Assembly: GCF_004346685.1 (NCBI RefSeq)
Contig: NZ_SMCO01000002.1
Coordinates: 120,940-184,939 of the forward strand
Source: Sulfurirhabdus autotrophica
Lineage (GTDB): Bacteria; Pseudomonadota; Gammaproteobacteria; Burkholderiales; SMCO01
Direction of reading: 5' to 3'
DNA length: 64,000 nucleotides
Shown here: one piece after another, positions 59,730 through 64,000 of the stretch
Position numbering within the stretch: the first letter of the stretch is position 1
How the letters are laid out: each line of letters opens with the position of its first letter
Position numbers and translations under genes: made by a program
Notes under the pieces: generated by a model
What the model saw: only the letters and a program-made list of their open reading frames with translations
What the model was told of the DNA's origin: nothing
Database searches by the model: none

Positions 59730-60326
59730 ATGAAATATACATTCAAAAAACATGCCAAGCTGTCCGGCATCGCGCTTGCGGCAATGGCCGCTTTATCGAT
59801 GCTCGAGACCGGAGCCGCGCAAGCCGCAAATTTTGCCATCGCCGGTATCACCGTCAACAGCGTAGGTTTCCTCGATGCTGCCTTCAAGGAGACAGGACTA
59901 GGCGCCGGTGCATCGATTAACTACACCAGCGGAGCGACGGACGTCGGTTGGTTGACTCAATGCTTCGTCAGAAGTAAGCCCGTAGCCAACATTGCACCCA
60001 GGCTACATGTCGCCCACGCCGCTGACGGACTGACTACCGACCGAACCCTCCTTGCTAGCAACCGGGGGACGATCAGCTCTTCCATCCTGACCGCCTACCC
60101 CACCGCAGCAGAAAACGAGGGTGTTCCACCACTCTGCCCGGAAGTGGAAGGGGTGACGATGACCGAAGAGATTACCGCCATAAGGTGGTGCAATGCCACG
60201 CTGACGGATACGACTACCCCTCTTCAGGGCGCTACGATGCCTGAATTGTTTCTGCAGATCACAAGAAATGGCACAGGCACCGTGCCTGGCTGCGGCGCAT
60301 TACCGGGAATGCCAACTAACTATTAA
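59730..60326 (+). CDS. Small secreted Cys-containing protein, paralog 2 of 3.
   Basis: Same architecture and motifs (FKETGL, QCFVRSKPV, IRWCNAT, ELF). Four Cys. Confidence 0.65.
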   Translation: MKYTFKKHAKLSGIALAAMAALSMLETGAAQAANFAIAGITVNSVGFLDAAFKETGLGAGASINYTSGATDVGWLTQCFVRSKPVANIAPRLHVAHAADGLTTDRTLLASNRGTISSSILTAYPTAAENEGVPPLCPEVEGVTMTEEITAIRWCNATLTDTTTPLQGATMPELFLQITRNGTGTVPGCGALPGMPTNY

Positions 60327-60427
60327 ACCGAGCCAGTTGTGCACGCGCTCTTCGTGCCCCAGCGAATGGGTAATCGTTAATCCATCACATCAGGCCGGAC
60401 ATTGTTGCCGACCTTAAGGAGAAAGAC

Positions 60428-61003
60428 ATGAAACAGACAATCAAAAATCAAGTCAAGCGGGTCAGCATCGCGCTCGCAGTAATGGCCGCCTTTACGGCAT
60501 TCGGGACCGGCACCACGCAAGCCGCCGCAACCTTTACCAGGGCTGACATCACTCTCGACATTGCCGGCAACCTCGCATGTGGCTTTAGGGAGACGGGACT
60601 CGGCACCTACTCGCAGATCACCTACGACTGCGGAGCTCAGGCCCTCGGTGTAGTGTCAGGCTGCTACGTTAAAAACAAGTTTGTGGGCCCCACCTCGACG
60701 GCTGTTTTCCATAATGTGACAGCAGAAGAATCAGTAGCACTCCTCGCCAAGAATAATGGGACGATCAACACCACAATCACAGTGGCAGCACCCGAATCAC
60801 ATGGAGGAGGAGCCATCTGCACCGAGCCAGCTGAGTCACGCATTGTCGCTGTGAGGTGGTGCAATGCCTCCCTGGTGGATATGACCAACGGCATCGTAGG
60901 CGCTACGTCGAGCGAACTGTTCGCGCAGCTCGCAAGAACTGGCACCTCGGTAGTCGCTGTGCCAACGTGCGCCGAATTGCAAGCAGCCCCCCCTACCCCG
61001 TAA
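60428..61003 (+). CDS. Small secreted Cys-containing protein, paralog 3 of 3.
   Basis: Same architecture and motifs (FRETGL, GCYVKNKFVG, VRWCNAS, ELF). Six Cys. Confidence 0.65.
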   Translation: MKQTIKNQVKRVSIALAVMAAFTAFGTGTTQAAATFTRADITLDIAGNLACGFRETGLGTYSQITYDCGAQALGVVSGCYVKNKFVGPTSTAVFHNVTAEESVALLAKNNGTINTTITVAAPESHGGGAICTEPAESRIVAVRWCNASLVDMTNGIVGATSSELFAQLARTGTSVVAVPTCAELQAAPPTP

Positions 61004-61769
61004 CGGGTAAAGGGCACACACTTATCGTGCCCACGCAAAACAGGTTAATCTATCAACCTAAATGCAACCGCACAATCTCTCAGGGTTGGGCGGTTTTTTA
61101 TGGGTTACGTTTTGCTCTATCAGTAGATAGACCATTCCGTAATTGTTTACCACTAGTTGAAAGAGCGCTGCCAAAAAATGCGTTACAAGCCGAGCCTTGC
61201 GCGCAATTTTTTATGCTTGAGCGTGGCGTCATGTTACAAAAGTTTCATCTAGTGTTTAAGTTTTATAGATCCGAAGCCCTAATATTAGGGAACGACATGG
61301 GTATTTCAGGGGCAATTTAATCGTAAATTACAAAACGAACTTATTAGCTAAATAGGTGATAAATTTATGAAATTTACTTTAACCCTATTATTTTATGGGA
61401 CTTTCTTTGCAGGACTACTCCTCAAACTTTTCACATACCACCTTGATTGACATTCATTTGATGATTGACTCGATATGCTTATATACTTTTCTTGAAGCCT
61501 AATTCATAATGTTTTTAATATGATGCAGTGAGTAATACACAAAAATTATTTTCAGAATATGCTTTTTTATTAAAGCTCAATTCATAATATTCATTTAGAA
61601 TTGAATGGTGTGTACAATAAAAATGAACAATTTGCATCCATATAACAAAATAATATTTATAAGAATATGGAACAAGTACTTGCTGTTGCAGTCAAAATAT
61701 TAGTATGACATAACTATAATATGAGCAATCATCATGTAACAGCCCATCTGGGTTAGTTCTGGTTGCCAA

Positions 61770-62210
61770 TTGAACGGAGATTTACTTGTGAAATTCCCTG
61801 ATATAAAAAGAGCAAGCGGCTTTACGCTCTTGGAGCTATTGGTAGTAATGGTCATCATCGGGTTACTGGCTGGTTATGTTGGCCCTAAATATTTTGCTCA
61901 AATTGGCAAATCGGAAGTTAAAACCGCAAAAGCACAAATCGATGCTATCGGTAAAGCGCTTGATCAATACCGCCTGGATACTGGACACTACCCCACCAGT
62001 GAACAAGGCTTGGCTGCATTGGATACCCGCCCAGCAAACGAACCTAAATGGGAAGGTCCTTACCTGAGAAAAAATGTTCCGCCAGATCCATGGGGAAAAC
62101 CCTACCTGTACAAGCAGCCTGGTGAACATAGCGAATATGATCTGCTTTCCTACGGAAAAGATGGCCAGCCAGGCGGTAGTGGTGATGCTGTAGATATTAC
62201 CAACTGGTAA
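61770..62210 (+). CDS. gspG: Type II secretion major pseudopilin GspG family protein.
   Basis: Prepilin leader then GFTLLELLVVMVIIGLLA, and a C-terminal DPWGKPYLYKQPGEHSEYDLLSYGKDGQPGG motif typical of GspG. The start may be the GTG a few codons downstream. Confidence 0.8.
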   Translation: MNGDLLVKFPDIKRASGFTLLELLVVMVIIGLLAGYVGPKYFAQIGKSEVKTAKAQIDAIGKALDQYRLDTGHYPTSEQGLAALDTRPANEPKWEGPYLRKNVPPDPWGKPYLYKQPGEHSEYDLLSYGKDGQPGGSGDAVDITNW

Positions 62211-62216
62211 CGAACC

Positions 62217-63407
62217 ATGCATTATGCAATCAAAGCCCTGCGTGAAGACGGCAGCGTAATAGCCCTGACTCTGGAAGCCACTGACGAAAGTGACGCTTCA
62301 CGACAAGCTATGAGCCAAGGACTGACTGTACTCACAACCAAGCCGCAATTGGCTTTGTCAGGGCTCTTCGCCAAGCGCAATACTCACTTCCCGTTAGTTC
62401 TGTTCAGCCAGGAATTACTGGCTCTGCTGGATGCGGGATTGAACCTGGTAGAAGCGATTGAAACCCTGGCAGAAAAAGAGCAACGTACCGAAACACGTAA
62501 ACTGCTGGACCAGTTAATCAAGACGTTATACGAAGGCCAGACCTTTTCTGCAGCTTTGCAACACTTTCCAGAAGCGTTTCCGCCGCTTTATGTTTCCACA
62601 GTGCGCGCCAGTGAAAAAACAGGTGGATTAAGCGAAGCAATCACTCGCTATATTGCTTACCAGTCACAGCTGGATATCGTACGCAAAAAATTGGTTAATG
62701 CTTCTATTTATCCTGTATTACTCATGGTAGTCGGTGGCTTGGTCACATTATTCCTGATGGTTTATGTTGTGCCAAAATTCAGCCACATCTATGAAGACAT
62801 GGGTGGAGACCTGCCCTGGATGTCGCGCATGTTGATTGAATGGGGTAAATTACTGGAAGCCCATGGTAGTACCATGCTGGCTGTGACAGTTGGTGTACTG
62901 ACTTTGTTTATCTATTTCTTTACACGGGTTGAAACCAAACGCTGGATCGGTGAAAAATTATGGCTGGTTCCGGTGATTGGCGAACGCATGAAAGTGTACC
63001 AACTGGCGCGCTTTTACCGTACTGTAGGCATGTTGTTACGTGGCGGCATTCCTATCACCACTGCATTGGATATGGTGTCCGGTTTACTGGCCCTGGCGCT
63101 CCGTGGTAGCTTGCAGGGTGCTATTCTGAAGGTTAGGGAAGGCAGTCCACTTTCCGTTGCAATGGAAATGAATGCATTAACTACCCCGGTTTCACTTCGC
63201 ATGTTACGAGTGGGCGAGCGAACCGGCAACATGGGCGACATGATGGAGCGTATTGCCGCCTTTTATGATGATGAAATGGCACGCTGGGTAGATTGGTTCA
63301 CCCGACTCTTTGAGCCTATATTGATGGCAGTGATTGGCCTGATTATTGGTCTGATAGTGGTATTGATGTATATGCCTATCTTTGAACTGGCAGGGAGTAT
63401 TCAATGA
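62217..63407 (+). CDS. gspF: GspF/PilC-family inner-membrane platform protein.
   Basis: 396 aa with two GspF-type repeats and three transmembrane segments. Confidence 0.8.
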   Translation: MHYAIKALREDGSVIALTLEATDESDASRQAMSQGLTVLTTKPQLALSGLFAKRNTHFPLVLFSQELLALLDAGLNLVEAIETLAEKEQRTETRKLLDQLIKTLYEGQTFSAALQHFPEAFPPLYVSTVRASEKTGGLSEAITRYIAYQSQLDIVRKKLVNASIYPVLLMVVGGLVTLFLMVYVVPKFSHIYEDMGGDLPWMSRMLIEWGKLLEAHGSTMLAVTVGVLTLFIYFFTRVETKRWIGEKLWLVPVIGERMKVYQLARFYRTVGMLLRGGIPITTALDMVSGLLALALRGSLQGAILKVREGSPLSVAMEMNALTTPVSLRMLRVGERTGNMGDMMERIAAFYDDEMARWVDWFTRLFEPILMAVIGLIIGLIVVLMYMPIFELAGSIQ

Positions 63408-64000
63408 ATTCCCCGAACACAAATGCAATCCTGCTTACTGAAGCACATGCCAGTGAAATTCCGGCATCCGTTATGCGAGAAGCTCGTGCTGAGTCTGCTC
63501 GCAACAACCGACGCATTATCGACATTCTGGAAGAAAGATTAGGATTCCCCGCACAAGATTTTGTGGCAAGTTTGGGACTTACACTGCTCTACCCTGTCGC
63601 CTCAATGGGGGAGTTACACCAGTGGTCAATCGCCTTTGACGTCCTCCCTTTTGCACAATCACTACAAAAAGAATGTATCGCCTTCCGCAATAGCGAAGAG
63701 CAATTGCTGCTGGTTTTTGCCGATCCATTTGCTCAAGATATTCAAAGCTGGGCTGAAGAAATCATCACTCAGCCATTCCGTTGGTACCTCGCACAACGAG
63801 CCGATATCACGGCGTACCTGGCACGGCATGAAGAGTCCATGCGCGCCATGGAAAATGTCATGCCTAGCGACCGGCAGGAAAACAGCCCAACCGCCGGAAT
63901 CGAGATACTTTCGCTCAAATCCATCAGTGAAGACACCAGCCCAGTGGTCAAACTGGTCCATTCCACGCTATATGATGCGCTTAAACTCAATGTCAGCGAT
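63404..64000 (+). CDS. gspE: GspE/PilB-family secretion ATPase, N-terminal part (truncated by the window end).
   Basis: Starts at an ATGA overlap with the gspF stop. The T2SSE_N region ends ...SPVVKLVHSTLYDALKLNVSD. The ORF is open to the end of the window. Confidence 0.7.
   Translation, partial: MNSPNTNAILLTEAHASEIPASVMREARAESARNNRRIIDILEERLGFPAQDFVASLGLTLLYPVASMGELHQWSIAFDVLPFAQSLQKECIAFRNSEEQLLLVFADPFAQDIQSWAEEIITQPFRWYLAQRADITAYLARHEESMRAMENVMPSDRQENSPTAGIEILSLKSISEDTSPVVKLVHSTLYDALKLNVSD

Noticed and set aside
61680-61700. TGGAAC-N6-TTGC upstream of gspG, considered as a sigma-54 promoter.
   Set aside because: The spacer is one nucleotide too long and the -24 element is imperfect. No call is made.
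1-64000. Search for CRISPR arrays, transposases, integrases or phage genes, in particular flanking the GC-rich island and the tRNA-like elements.
   Set aside because: No regularly spaced repeats and no recombinase-like ORFs were found. The island therefore cannot be called a classical integrative element from this window alone.

Overview
The window reads as a 64 kb chromosomal segment of a chemolithoautotrophic proteobacterium. It is about 45-48% GC with AT-rich intergenic regions.

The first 13 kb is a complete alpha-carboxysome (cso) locus on the minus strand, with cbbR divergent from it. The order is cbbL, cbbS, csoS2, csoSCA, csoS4A, csoS4B, two csoS1 copies, a ferritin-like gene, a PCD/acRAF-like gene, a ParA-type mcdA-like gene plus a small disordered mcdB-like gene, then cbbQ and cbbO (cbbO is cut by the window edge).

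The rest is regulatory and accessory. There are four sigma-54 enhancer-binding proteins: a QseE/QseG/QseF-like kinase-lipoprotein-regulator trio, RtcR, a periplasmic binding protein-kinase-regulator trio, and an orphan receiver-AAA regulator. There are three c-di-GMP enzymes and an EAL gene remnant. There is a 1155-aa protein of unknown function. An rtcR/sigma-54 promoter/rtcB module has no rtcA and is followed by two tandem tRNA-shaped elements whose anticodon arms fold non-canonically by hand. There is a cluster of c-type cytochromes (pentahaem and dihaem) with a CcmI-like TPR protein and a UshA-like metallophosphoesterase. A 983-aa secreted PQQ-type beta-propeller protein sits behind a textbook sigma-54 promoter. 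A gspG-gspF-gspE (partial) secretion/pilus module closes the window.

The best candidate for something undescribed is a roughly 3.6 kb GC-rich (about 58-62%) island at 57.4-61.0 kb. It encodes a 512-aa secreted protein followed by three tandem paralogous small secreted cysteine-containing proteins with duplicated upstream hairpins and a decayed fourth unit. The second candidate is the rtcB-associated tRNA-like elements. I found no CRISPR array, transposase or integrase.
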